From positions 75,400-139,399 of the forward strand of contig NW_015163109.1 in the NCBI RefSeq assembly GCF_001447785.1: a stretch of 64,000 nt of DNA, given 5' to 3'. The position numbers and the translations under genes were made by a program. How positions within the stretch are numbered: position 1 is the stretch's first letter; each line of letters begins with the position of its first letter. The notes beneath the pieces were generated by a model, which worked only from the letters and a program-made list of their open reading frames with translations, was not told the origin of the DNA and did no database searches. Positions 11,801 through 24,558 of this stretch are shown piece by piece. The DNA is from Gekko japonicus. Lineage: Eukaryota.

Positions 11801-12030
11801 AGTATGCATCAGTAATATCAGGCTGTAAGTGATCCTGTGTTTCAGCCTGATCACACACAGTAGCCCTTGGCTACTTAGGTATTGTTTACAGCTGCCTTAT
11901 TGTCCCTAGACTTATTTACATTTTTGTACAGTGTTCTCAGATTTTTGATCTATGAGATATAGTTTTTTTCAGGATTAAAATTCAAAGCTTCCACCTTTGG
12001 CTAAAAAGATATGTGCATGATTTTTAACCC

Positions 12031-12373
12031 CTCTGAGAGTCCCTTGGACTGCAAGAAGATCAAATCAGTCAATCCTAAAAGAAATCAACCCTGACTGTTC
12101 CCTGGAAGGCCAGATAATGAAACTGAAGCTCAAATACTTTGGCCACCAAATGGGAAGGGAGCACTCACTGGAGAAAACCCTGATGCTGGGAAAGATTGAA
12201 GGTCAAAGAAGGCGGGGACGGCAAAGGATGAGATGGTTAGACAGTGTCATAGATGCAACTAACATGAAATTGAGCCAACTTCAGAGGACGGCGGAAGACT
12301 GGAAGGCCTGGCGTGATCTGGTCCATGGGGTCGTGAAGAGTTGGACTCGACTGTGCGACTGAACAACAACAAA
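12031..12373 (+). mobile_element. BovB (RTE) LINE 3' end
   Basis: LKYFGHQM..SLEKTLMLGKIEGQRRRGRQRMRWLD; tail CGACTGAACAACAACAA. Confidence 0.9.
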
Positions 12374-12627
12374 GAACCTTATTCAAGCAGTCAGAAGACC
12401 AGTAAAAATCTTCATGCCCTGAGAAGTTAGAGAGATGGGTCAGTGCTAAGGATAGGCCTTTATATGGTTTGGGAGCACAATTCAGGCATCCTTCCAAGAG
12501 GAGTGAATATTTTGTTTAAATATTATTTAAAAGTGTTGTGTGTTTCAGGATCAAACTCTTCAATTTCCTTCATATAATTCAGTGCACCTATCAATAACTG
12601 GGCATTTATTGTTTAGTAAGTAAGTAT

Positions 12628-12995
12628 AAAGGTAAAGGTTCCCTTGCTTGAAAGCCAGTCGAATCTGACTCTAGGGTTGCAGTGCTCATTTCCGTTTCAA
12701 AGCTGAAGAGCCAGCGCTGTCCGAAGACGTTTCCGTGGTCATGTTGCCAGCATGACTAAACACCAAGGCGCACAGAACGCTGTTACCTTCCCACCGAAGT
12801 GGTACCTATTCATCTACTTGCAATGTCGTGCTTTTGAACTGCTAGGTTGGCAGTTGCGGTGACTCAAGTGGTTAAGACGCTGAACTGCAGGCTGTGGAAG
12901 GTCGGTAGTTCAGCAGTTCGAGACCTGAGTGTGCCGCATGACGAAGTGAGCTCCCGTCTCTAGTTCCAGCTCCTGCCAACCTATTCGAGAAGCAA
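12628..12995. mobile_element. Sauria SINE (copy B) with internal inversion
   Basis: 3' half on the minus strand (12628-12853) joined directly to the 5' half on the plus strand (12854 to about 12995). Confidence 0.8.
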
Positions 12996-13755
12996 TGCAT
13001 ATTTCCCCAATCTTTGAGCCAGGAATATAGTTCTATCATTTACTAGATTTTATAGGATCTAGCTGCTAGGACCTTTTAAAAAAATTAAAATAAATTATGC
13101 ATCTTCTACCTGGAAACTGCATCTGTATCGGGAAGCAAAGTGTAAAAATATTAGTAAATAATGGTGCATACACTTTTCTTGTTGAAAATCCATAATGTTT
13201 GAAAAGTATGGGCTACTCTGTGCCTGCTTGTTGGGTTGCTTTTGAAGGACAAGCCTGCTATTGTAAACTAAGGAACCGGATGAAAAGAAGGGCGGATATT
13301 TAAGATTAAGGGCTGTGTTTCAAAGTGTGTAGTACCTTCTGCAGTGTCAGAGAATTTTTAAAGATAGGAAGTATGTAACTTTTTTGCCTACCTAATTTTT
13401 AAAGTTATTTTTAATGTACAGCAAAAATGAAACGTCATATACCTAGTTGCTTCATGTTTTTGTTGACCCTGCGCTGGAGCGGGAAAAAGAACTGTTTGGT
13501 AGTAAAACCAGCAGAGGGAGTACTAGACACTTAAAACTACAGAGTTTGCTCCATCCCTCATAGCTTGTGCTATCCTTTTAAAATTTCTCTTTGAAAGAAA
13601 TAGTGTTACAGAGGTTTATCTGAAACCAACTTGGGCAATACTTCTCAGACTGGGGAACAGGACAGAGGTATTAGCAGGGGGAGGCATAACAGTTGCGTGG
13701 ATCTTCAGTTGTGTTAGTTGATTGCATGAGTCTGCCATATACTGAATTGAACACT

Positions 13756-13978
13756 TTATTTTCTTGATTGATACCCATCCTTCCTTCCCCTCGGGAACCC
13801 AAAGCGGCTTACATTCTTCTCTCTTCCATTTTATCCTCGAAACAAAACTGTGAGGTAGGTTAGGCTGATTCAAACCTGAGTCTCACAGATCCCAGTCTGA
13901 CATTTGGATCACTATAAAACCTGAGTCTCACAAGATCCCAGTCTGACATTTGGATCACTATAACACGCTGGCTCTCAG
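13756..13978 (-). mobile_element. tRNA-derived SINE with internal 45-bp tandem duplication
   Basis: CCTGAGTCTCACAGATCCCAGTCTGACATTTGGATCACTATA occurs twice; ends ACGCTGGCTCTC. Confidence 0.6.
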
Positions 13979-15908
13979 CCTATCAAGGTCAGTTTTATCT
14001 ACTTGGACTCACAGGGGATGTTACTGCCCTGAGCCCACTTGTGAGATGGGCAGGCCATACATACGATAGATAAATAAATAAATCTCCAGGATCTCAGGTC
14101 CTTCAACATTTTCTTTAGGTGGGGAGACTGGATTTCTCTTGATTTCCTCAGGGCTAATTGTTATTCTGTTACGTTGGTGTTAGACACATACAGAATAAAA
14201 CTAGTTTATTTCCAGAGACAGATATGTATAGACATAAAAATATAAGCCGGTTTAGAATAAGCTGCAGATTAGAAACTCATTCCAGCTGATTCCCATGACC
14301 ATCCTGAGTGCTAGAACCTGTATGGTGAAAAGATCAGCCTGCGTTGAGTCTTCACGTGCGCGATGCTGTTGAGAGCTGAGCTCAGCCTGAGTCAGGTTCT
14401 CGTTTTATTCATTTTTTCCACCAAATGGGGACCCAGTGGCCTACAGGATTCACTTTCTCCATTTTATCATCATAACAGCCTGTGAGGTAGGTTAGCCTGA
14501 GACTGCAACTAGCCTACGGTCGTCCAGCAAGCTTCCATGGCAGATTGGGGATTGACAGCTTTTGGTAGCATATGCTAAAAGCAATCAACACTGTGTTGAC
14601 ACACCATGCACGTGGCTAGTTCAATTCGTGTGAGGTGGGGATGCAGCTGGAAGTTGGAGCAGGCTTCCTTTACCCCTGACGATATGAAGCTGTCTCCACA
14701 GAATCGAGCCAAATGGTATTGCATGTACTTATTTGGGTGAAGGACTCAATATCCGCCTGTAAAAGGTGTCCACCACGTGTCTGTTGTTCTTAAAATGTAA
14801 GGGTGTATTATTTCTGAGAAACATTTTTACATATTTTTTTAACAAATACTATCCCTACCCACTCCTGAGATATTGATAAAACTCTTATCCTTAAAAGAAC
14901 AGAAGGAGGCAGCATTGCTTCAGAATATGCTTTTGATGTCTGTTAGTACAGTCCAGCTTCCTCCAGCAAAAGGCATTGATTGGTGGGCCATATGTTCTTG
15001 CTTACCTCTCAGTCCTGGAGTAAAAGTTCCATCAATTTTAAGAGGGGAAGTCCCAAAATTCAAGTATATTTCATGTATGCTAGCATTCTGTACATTGATG
15101 AAGCAGTGCTTTTCAGAAAAACACTCTGCTTGAAGGTTTACATATTACAGAGTATTTTATTGTGCGGTAATGATGCAGATTCAGACATTTCTGCATCGGA
15201 GCAATGTTCTCTCTGATCCGGTCTCCAGCTGAATATCCAAGTGCTTAAGACAGCAACCCTGAATGGCTCTGCTAGACTCCTACTGAGATCTATTTGATAG
15301 GACATAATCCCAGGAGAGTGTTTTTAGGATTGTACAGTTTAATGTGAGATTTGCTTGGAGGTGGGGTATAGGAAGTAGAGAATGAACCCATGACTCTTTT
15401 CTTAAAGCCAGTCCTTGTGTTTATCATGATTGGCAGAGGTGCTTAAAAAGCTGGGCACATTCTACAAAACGGAGGAACGGTCCATCTCGGACAGTGCCGT
15501 CCTAAGAACACTGTCCTAAGAACACTTGAATATATTTGAGTAGGGTTTTGAGTCGACCTGTTTAGGATGGCTCTTCTTGATTATTAATTTACTTTACCCT
15601 TGGTCTTCAGCTTGTGGGTTGAACCAGCAACACTACCATCATTTTTGTTCATTCTTTTCTTTTCGTTAAAAGGAGGAAGAGAGACTAATGAAGACTGTTT
15701 TGTGATTCTAAAAAATTTAAAGTGGCTCCCGTTTTGTAGGGTGGGTTTAAAGGTGGTCTTGGGTTTGATAAAGGTAAAATGGATGCCATAAACCACTAAC
15801 CCTCGGCCTATAACAAAAAAATACATGGTTGGATTTCCCTAACAGTGATGTCTTCTTCTTCCATCAGGAGAAGTTTATTTCATCTTACACAAGAGGAAAC
15901 CTTCATCC

Positions 15909-16310
15909 TTATTTATTTATTTTATTTAAAGCATTTTTATGCCACCTTCCCACCCAATCTAGGGTCCCCAAGGTGGCAAACAGTCAAAAACATTTAAACA
16001 AGCTTTAAAAATACATGCTATAATACCAGCAATTACACAGACCACGTATCGTTAAACAATGTATCGTTAAACACGTATTGTTAGACCACGTATCATTAAA
16101 CAAGAAGCGTTGTTAATGAGAGAATGCCAGATGAAACAGAAGTCTTCACCTGTTGGCAAGAAGACAATGATGGAGGCAGACAGATGGATCTTCGTGGGGA
16201 GGGAATTCCATAATTTTGGTGGCAAGACCAAGAAGGACCTTTCTCAGGTTGCCACCCATACAGTCTCAGACCCCAGGGGTACTTAAATGAGGGGCTATGT
16301 TGATGACCAC
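15909..16310 (-). mobile_element. L2 LINE 3' fragment
   Basis: (TTTA)n tail, GCCACCTTCCC..AGGGTCCCCAAGGTGG stem, GGGAGGGAATTCCA (WNSLP on minus). Confidence 0.55.
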
Positions 16311-16820
16311 AGTGAAATTCTCGTAGGGGAGTGGAAACCTTTGTATGCAATCCATAGAATAAGAGCAAGAAACAGAAACAGCAGTAAAACAGCAGCAGCG
16401 AAGTACAGGATGTAAACGTACAATGAATAGTAGAATTCTCATGGCAGAACTGTTAGACTGAAACGTTTGAATAATGGGTACATTATTGATAATGCAGATG
16501 AAGGTCAGTGTGGTTTTTGGTTGTTTTTACAATAGATTTTAATTGTATTTATATAGACATTTTATGGAAGCCGCCCTGAGCCTGCCTTGGCGGGGAGGGT
16601 GGGGTATAAATTGAATTAAACAAACAAACAACCATATAGCAGTTTTTGGTTTTTCATATTGCTCCTGCTTTTTCCTCCCCCTTCTTTTAAAGTGATTTGC
16701 TGATAGACTGATGCACTCCATTTGACTTGTTTTTCCCCTTTTTTGTGTAGGGACACTTAGATTAAAAACATTTCCTTAGTAATGGCACAGAGTACTAATA
16801 TTGTTGCTTTGTCGTGCACT

Positions 16821-16890
16821 GTATGTGTATATAGATGTGTGTGTATGTGTATATGTATGTATGTGTGTATATGTATGTATGTGTGTATAT
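16821..16890. repeat. (TG)/(TATG) compound microsatellite
   Basis: gtgtgtatatgtatgtat repeats. Confidence 0.85.
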
Positions 16891-19560
16891 AGCTTGACAG
16901 TGTGTTGGGGTAAGAATAGGGAAATTGTACCTCTTAGAAACAAAGCGGCTTCCCCCCTGGTCTGATTTTCTTTTACTTGAAAAAAAATTAAATTAAACCT
17001 CTATTCATGGCAGCTATTAAAATTCAAATTTGAGAAGAAAACTGCCTCACATTCATTCATGTAGACTTTTGGAAATAATCCTTAGAATATGGGCTGCTAC
17101 CGTTTGTTTTGATAATCTGCTAATTCTGATGCTGAATGAATTTGAGTAAACTGCTCCTGTCAAAACAAGCTGACAGTTTTGTTGGATTCTGTTTAATGGA
17201 AATAGTTTTCTTCTTGGAGTTTCAGTATTTTTGATTGCTGTTTTGTTTTGGCCTTTTTTATTTTAAGTTGCCTGCTTGTTCATCATGTTCTGTGATGTAC
17301 TTTTGTCTTCATTTTCTGAACTGGACATGCTGAGCTAATAGGTGGGAAGTTAGGTTGAAGCAATAGTTTGGCTTCTTGAAAGCCCTTCATTAGGCAGCTT
17401 TTATTCCTCTGGCATTTCTTGGTTAAAAATCAAATAAGCATTAGCTGTTTTCACCTGCAGTGTGGAAAAATGGCTAAATAAGCTTAGCTTGTGATGGAAT
17501 TATTTGCTGTATCTCACTGAAGGCAGTCTGAAAAATTGGGGTTGCCTCTGAAAGCAGCTTTAAAACAACTTGCAAATCAGCTTCTACTCAAGAAATATTA
17601 TCAAAATACTGATGAAATTTATTTTGCAACACCATTACGATTCCTGCTAGGTTAAATCAAATTAATACAAGATTTCTTTGGGGAAAAATAATTGGGGAAG
17701 GTGCTTTTTGTGTTGTCCTGAAATCTTCCTCTAGCCCCCTGGCAAATATGTGAAAATATTTAACACACTCTGTACTCTGGAGCACAAACTGCAATGTATA
17801 TTGGGTTTTTAAAAAAAGTTCCCCAAAACCAAAAGTGTTTCTGTGGCAGAAGTCATTGTGTCTCATAACACAGAGATGCCCAGAGCTTGAAAATGTCCTT
17901 TCATATGAGGTCAAATGTTTCTTTTGAGTAGATTAAGTAGACTCCTTATACCAGTTCTGTTATTTTTAAAGCTATACATTTTTTCAGTTTGAATCAGCAA
18001 AAGCTATTTTAAAATCTAAGATATTAGATAACACATACACTCCCATAAGTATAAAGTAAAGCATCTAAAATAATTTCTAGTGCTATTTGTATCTTGAAGA
18101 ATTTTTTCTGTCCCAAGAGTATATCTCTCTGTGGGAAAGTTAGTGTTATTAGGAGAAGAGGTATCTTCCCTGAACACATAAAAATACTTTCATGGATCAA
18201 TATTTTAGGTTAAAAAATGGATTTTTTTGTACCCCACTATGTTATGTGGGACTGAGGTAAAACAATGTAGTACATTTTTGGGGTTCTTTTGTACCCAGAT
18301 TTTTTTTATTACAGAAGAAAAACTGTGAGTGATAAGTGGCTGTACTTTTTGGACATTGTTTACTGAGGTGCAGGTGTCAGTGTCCTAAAAGAACAATGCT
18401 GTAGAGCCACGTATTTATGAATTCTGCCCCCCAAATGTGCAGCCTGGTGGAAATTCATTCCACAGTTGGATAACAGCTAGATTCTGAGAGCCAAAGCTCC
18501 CTCAGTTGATAATGATTTGCTTATAAAGTTCTCCTTATGATCTTTAATAGTCCCTTATAGATAAACCATTTGATATATTCTGTGTTTCCAGAAAGGTGGA
18601 GAGATTAGCTCTCAGCCTGTTCGGGACATGGTGGGGGCATTACTGCATATTCTAGATCTAACTTTCAGAACTGTGTTATAGTGGTGTAATGCAATAAACA
18701 TGGTTTTCATTCTGGAATATGGAACATTCTCGTAATGTGACTATTGGTTAATATTAATATCAAGGTTCAAAGTTAGTAATTTAATTGTTGGATGACATTA
18801 CTTCAGGGGGGGAAATTCTGATGTTTTGGTGGTTCCCTGTGTGGTCGTTCTTTGGAGTACCATCAAAGGATGCCTGGTTCAGCTGATTCAGCTAATGTTA
18901 CTTGAAGGACCAAAGAAACTGGCAGAACTGAGAAGTGGGAATCTGGTAAGTGCTTGTACCATGTGGTTGAAAGAGGGGGGAAGAGTGGGCAAGGAAGTAA
19001 GTGATGATATCATCTCCCTGTATCAGCCTAAGCAATTTTGAAGTTCATGAAAGGCCAGGAAAACGGTGGGTTAATTCTAGGTATGAGGAAGCCCCCCCCC
19101 CTTTATCCTTACCCTTCTGTTGCACTTTGTTTGGAAACAAAACTCTAGGTCCCTGGTGGAGTGATACAGTTCATGGTAGACTCTCCATGCAAGTCGGGTG
19201 GGTGCCAGATCCAGTTGCAGAGAAGGCTTTTTTTTTTTGTCATGGAGTCTGCACACAGCAACAAAGTGGATTTCTTTTTTATGTTGGCCCCAGGGATGCC
19301 TTGAAGTGTGATAGGATATGCTGGATGTAAATCTTACCTTACTAAGGCCTGTTAGCAGTGACAGGATTTCAAATGGTTTTTGGAATATATGCATAATCTG
19401 TAGTAGAAATGGCACTATGCAGCCAGTGTCTATTTAAGTTTTTTTATATATATTTGTGTGTATGTGTGCGTCCACCTGGACGTCATGGCAACCTCTGGTG
19501 ATTGGCCCCTACTGGGGGCCTGGAGGATATTCAGAGAGGTGGCTGAATAAAGCCTGCCCC

Positions 19561-19890
19561 CGCTTTACTCAGCTTGACCTCGGACTGAACTTGGACTTTG
19601 CTTGTTTGCCGCACACCCCTGGCACTGCCGTGACAGATTGCCAGCACCCCAACACGCTCACTCATTTCCACCATGGAGGACGGAGCAACAGGAGGTACGG
19701 ACCCACTTGTGGGAGTGCTAACTCAGGTGCAGCAATTAACCCAGGCTGTACTCTCTTTGCAGCAGCAAACAGCCACAAATGCCGCTGCTCTGGCAACAGC
19801 TAGCACATCTCCCCCACGCTGTCCTGTAAATCCTCCTGACAGGTTTGGTGGGAATATTGATGAGTTTCCTGTGTTTCTAGCTCAATGTAA
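19561..19890 (+). mobile_element. Gypsy (sushi-like) LTR 3' part plus gag 5' fragment
   Basis: LTR-like end GCCGTGACA at 19635; ATG 19673 gives MEDG...LTQVQQLTQAVLSLQQQ...CPVNPPDRFGGNIDEFPVFLAQCNL, the PxxFxG...FLAQC gag motif of sushi/PEG10-type elements. Confidence 0.75.
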
Positions 19891-20572
19891 CCTTTGCCTG
19901 GACTATCCAGATCAGGGCAATGCAGCCAGTATTAATGAGTTGTGTTTAGTATTGGAGGTTTAAATACAGTTTTTCAAAACTCAAGAGTAGCTTTAAGTGC
20001 TTGCCAAATGGCACTTTTTGTAATTCAGATGTCATTGAGAGGAACTGAGGAAAATGTGAGAAATGGTTTTGGAATCTCTAAGCTCTGTTAAAAAAATTCA
20101 TTATAAAATGAACACTACCAAAATGGGAAGTGGCCTAACGTATTTTGTAATGTAAGGAGGTGAAAGAAGGTTGACATGCAACACGTTCAGTTTTAATCTA
20201 ATATTAAAAATTGTATCCTTCAGAAAGTCAGGGAAGTCATTAGCTACCTAATAAAGTATGAACACTCCTCATAGCCTGACACCTATTGCCAAACTGACTA
20301 ATTTTTGGAGCCAAGCTAAAGCTTTTGTTTATGACTGGGCATTTATAAATTGCTGCTGTGTTGTGTTTGTCAGAGTTGGTTATGTTACGGGTTAGATTCA
20401 GTAATAACTTTCTACAAGCAAAAGGGGGGGACGACTTGATTTTTGCCAGTTTCCTCACTTGACTGCAGACCTCAGTTTGACCATGTCCCTGAAGAGCAGG
20501 ATTTTGGGGGACTCAGTGGTCTGCAGCTTGGGGTGTGTGTGTGTCATTCTGCTGGCAGGAATGCCATCCAGT

Positions 20573-20582
20573 NNNNNNNNNN
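20573..20582. other. Assembly gap (10 N)
   Basis: N run. Confidence 1.
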
Positions 20583-21445
20583 CCATCCATTTGTAAAAAA
20601 TTACCACTGGATTCACCTCTGTGTTTGTCCACCCTTCTTTATTTTTCTATTTGGGTAGTTTATAGCTTCTTGAGTCTGTTTTATTGCTGCAGCTAATGGT
20701 TTTTAATACAGTTTTTGTCCTGGCTACTGTTTGTAGTTTGATGTAAACGCTGCTGTTGGTTGCACTGGTTTCCTATTGTGTTTTATTGCATTGGCTGAGA
20801 GCGCAGGAAGGATGAGATAAAAATGTACTCAGTATATATCTTAAACTAGTCGTCTCACTTTGCTGCTGTCTTTGGAGAATCCCCGATGTATTAGTCACAA
20901 TCCTGAATTGCCGCATGCTTCTTCTGTGTATTGCTGTGACTGGAGCTTATCTATGTTGACCGAAGAACTGGAATTGTTTTTGTTTGCTGCCTAGTCTTAT
21001 GTATAATTTCTTGGAAGTCTCATAGGCTTCAACCAGGCTTATTCTTACGTATGTATAAGAATATTGCCTTCATCAGAAAATTCAGTATTTTTCAGGATGT
21101 CTGCGTACTGTTTTCCTTGCTAAGGCTTTTGCAAAGTATACATTGGATTGCAGCTGTATTTATTTGTTTTCTTTCTGGGGTAGGAAATAAAACCACAAAT
21201 AATGCCATTATATTAATTTACAGTCCGCCCATATTTAGAGTACTCTGGCCAACCTTTCTGAAAACAATAGAATAGAGCTAGTGAAGCTATAAATAACAGT
21301 GTTTTTTCATGAACAAATGTTAGGACTTATTATTTAGAAAAAAGACTGAGAAATGTGAATGAAGGGTTATGAAATCAAGAATGACATATCAAAGCCTTGG
21401 GTTCATGCTTATAATCTCTTCCCTTGTTCCTCTGTTTATTTAAGG

Positions 21446-22086
21446 CAGGGGGTCCCCAACCTTTTAAAGTCTGTGGGCAACTTTGAAATTCTCACAAAGG
21501 GTGAAATTCTCACAAAGGGTATAACCACAAAATGGCTGCTGCAGGTGGAGGAACCAACCACAAAATGCCTCAGGAAGTGGAGCCAGCATCAAAGAAGAGA
21601 AGAACAAGAAGAATGGATTTATACCCCGCCCTTCACTCAGAGTCTCAGAGTGGTTTACAATATCCTTTCCCTTCCCTTCCCCACAACAGACAACCTGTTG
21701 TAAGTGCGGCTGAGAGATCTCTTTTGAAGACTGCTCTGAAGCGAACAGCTCTGAGAGAACTTGTGGCTGATCTAAGGTCACACCAGTAGCAGCATGTGGA
21801 GGAGTGGGGAATCAAACCTGGTTCTCCCATATTAGAGTCTGCGCTCCTAACCACTATACCAAACTGGCTCAAAAGTCAGGGAGTGGGGTTATGCTTGGCT
21901 CTAAGTAACTCTTGAACATTTCAGGCAGAAACTCTATTGAACATGGACATGTTTTTCAGGCCTCCAATAGCCCTGCTGGGCAAAAGCCCCTCCTGGCCCT
22001 GCCCACTTTTTGAAAACACATGGCAGATGTCAGGAAAGGTGTCAGTGGGTGCCATGTTGCTCATGGGCACCATGTGGGGATCCCTG
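21446..22086. mobile_element. hAT-type non-autonomous DNA transposon with nested SINE
   Basis: TIRs CAGGGGGTCCCC / GGGGATCCCTG; perfect 8-bp TSD ATTTAAGG at 21438-21445 and 22087-22094. Confidence 0.85.
21592..21870 (-). mobile_element. Squam3-like tRNA SINE with (TTC)n tail
   Basis: Reverse-complement head GAGCCAGTTTGGTATAGTGGTTAGGAGC; L2-type tail GAAGGGCGGGGTATAAATCC plus TTC repeats. Confidence 0.8.
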
Positions 22087-22261
22087 ATTTAAGGCACTTT
22101 TGGCCACCTTGCTCCTTGAAAGGATTCGGTTGGGTTACAGTGTTTTAAAAATAGATCTGGGAATAAGCCAGGCAGCAACTAAAATCTTCATATACAACAA
22201 ATGAACACATTCCGTCAAGCAGAGATCAATCAATAAACTGTATTATAGTACAATATATCCC

Positions 22262-22765
22262 AGAGAGCACTACGGTCTAGGTCTCAAAATCAGTTGACCC
22301 TCCCTGGCCCGAGGGAGGCCAGGCTAGCGGCCACTAGGGCCAGGGCCTTTTTGGTGGTGGCCCCTACCTGGTGGAACGAGCTCCCAGAGGAGATCAGGGT
22401 CCTGTGGGACCTTTCACAGTTCCGCAGGGCCTGTAAGGCGGAGCTCTTCCTCCAGGCATTCAATTAGGGGCTGCTGCCGTTGGACCGCCATTAGATCGCC
22501 CGACAGTTGCAGCACCTGGCCCATGAGCTACCATTGTGTTGTTGCCTTAAGGAAACTACAAGCAGAAAAAACACCTTAGAACATTGGGAAATGGAAATCC
22601 ATTGAAAACGTGTCATTTAAGTGACTTTTAATTGCCACCAGCACTTTATGCTTGTTGATTTGTAGGGTTTTTAATAATTCTGTTTTTAAGCTGCTTATAT
22701 GTCATGTTGGAAGCCACCCTGAGCCTGCTTTGCGGGGAGGGCGGGGTATAAATTTGATTTAAAAA
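22262..22765 (+). mobile_element. L2 LINE 3' end
   Basis: RAFLVVAPTWWNELP..FRRACKAELF; tail CCACCCTGAGCCTGC..GGGAGGGCGGGGTATAAAT. Confidence 0.8.
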
Positions 22766-22804
22766 CCCCCAAACAAAACAAAGAAAAAACAATCTACTGC
22801 AGGG

Positions 22805-23020
22805 GTGATGGTGGAAAGTGCCATCAAGTTGCCCCTGACTTCGGGCAACCCTGTCGGGTTTTCAAGGCAAGAGACATTTAGAAGTCATTTGCCATTGCCT
22901 GTCTCAGTGTATGAACCCCGGACTCTGTTGGTCTCCCATCCAAATACTAACCAGGGCTGACCCTACTTAGCTTCCAAGTTCTGATGAGATTGGGATAGTC
23001 TGGGCCATCCAGGTCAGGTC
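22805..23020 (-). mobile_element. 5S rRNA-derived SINE
   Basis: GGTCTCCCATCCAAATACTAACCAGGGCTGACCCTACTTAGCTTCC is the reverse complement of 5S sequence. Confidence 0.75.
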
Positions 23021-23849
23021 AATATACTGTGGGCACTAGTTATCGCTGAATTGGAGCAAAATTACACCGTACCTCTAAATATTAGAGGAGGGACCTTGTT
23101 CTGTGTTTACTTTTCCTGGAATCATCTTTCTGGCTGTTGTTGAAAACAGTCCTTCAGACTGTAAGACTCTTGTTCTGATCCATTAGGGTTTTTAAAAATG
23201 TCCTTAACCTTTCCATGAGAGGATCCTGTGTCCCCTGCAGAGGTATCCCTTGCCAACCTTCAGGTCACTCTGTCACCAGAAAGGTTTTGTACTTCCCAGT
23301 ATCTACAACTCTTTCTGGTCAGTCTAAGCTTTTCTCTAACATACACAAACGATGAACCTTTCTTTGTCCTGGACAGAGACACATGTTGGCAGCATGAGGC
23401 AGGCAGTGGCGAACCACCTCTGTACGTGGGGTGGGAGTTGTCATAAGTCAGCTGTGACTTGACGGCTCTTCCCACCCCACCCCCTCCACTACTGAGCAGC
23501 ATGGTGGGATTCCTAGCCTTTTCACTGCTGTCATTTTATTAATGGAGTTTGGGAATAGATATCCCCAAATTAGTTTTTAAAATAAAAGTTTTTTGCAAAA
23601 CTAATGCTTCTTCTGCATGTGGAGAGCCCTAAATTGTAGCCATGGCTCATCTCTGTGTATAGATTTGCCTATCTGAACAGTAGCCGGCCTTTGGCTATTA
23701 AATATAGGAGCTGTTAAGGTATTTTTTAAAAACCCTGCATGGCTTTAAAGGACACAGATTTTAAATCGGCTTTGTGACTTCTGTATTTTTTGTAGGAAAT
23801 AAGGTTTTGTCATTTTTTTTGAACTGCCTTTATGTTAAACTGTTGTTTT

Positions 23850-24515
23850 ATTTTTTATTTTTATTTACATGAGACTTATATACCACTCGTAACCCCTAAC
23901 GGGTCTCAGAGCGGTTTACAGGGGCGTTCTTACGAACTTGTTAGCCCTATCTAAGGCCACATACAGAGGGGTGGGGGTTCCCTACCAGCACCCTGCGATA
24001 GGTCCGCTGCGTTCTTCTGGCTTCTTGGCAGCTCTCCTTCTTCGGCGGTTTTTCTACTGGTCGGCTGCTTCTTCTCTCCTTGGTGGGACTGTCTTCCCGG
24101 CGCCTGTCTTCGCATCTGTTTCAGCCTCGGCTCTGTCCTGGCTGGCTCCGCCGCGCTCACAGTACACGTCATCAGACGCCGGCGCCAGTCTCCACCGCAG
24201 TCTTTCACCGCCAGGGATCGCTCGACCGATGTTCTCCTTGCCGTTGTCATCCTGGCTCCTCCGCCACCGCCGCCACCATTGATGTTTTCTTGCCGAACGC
24301 AGCTGCGGCCACCACAAACCTCTTTCGTTACAGAGGCAGGTGCCCCCCACCCTTCTAAGGGTGGGTACCCATTTGCCTACTCGCATGATTTTAATCGCTT
24401 TCGGGCCGCTGGGTGGGCGGGAGCTGGGACTCGGGACCAGGTGCTCACCCTGGCCGCGGTGGATTCTCGAACAGCCATAGCGACTGTTCAGATGTTATCG
24501 TTAGCAGGCGTTTAG
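23850..24515 (-). mobile_element. Chimeric CpG-rich SINE-like element: Sauria-like head, GC-rich body, L2-type tail
   Basis: 24351-24515 aligns by eye with the Sauria SINE 5' half; left end reads (reverse complement) GTAAACCGCTCTGAG..GAGTGGTATATAAG..(TAAA)n. Confidence 0.6.
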
Positions 24516-24558
24516 CTGAGAAATGTTGAGAAATTACCTGGTGAGACAGTCTAACTGG

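Noticed and set aside
19673-19963. PEG10/RTL-like domesticated gag gene
   Set aside because: Only about 72 gag codons, preceded by an LTR end and cut abruptly
23938-24515. GC-rich overlapping ORFs or a CpG-island promoter of a nested gene
   Set aside because: No recognisable protein or splice structure; the ends match SINE head and LINE tail
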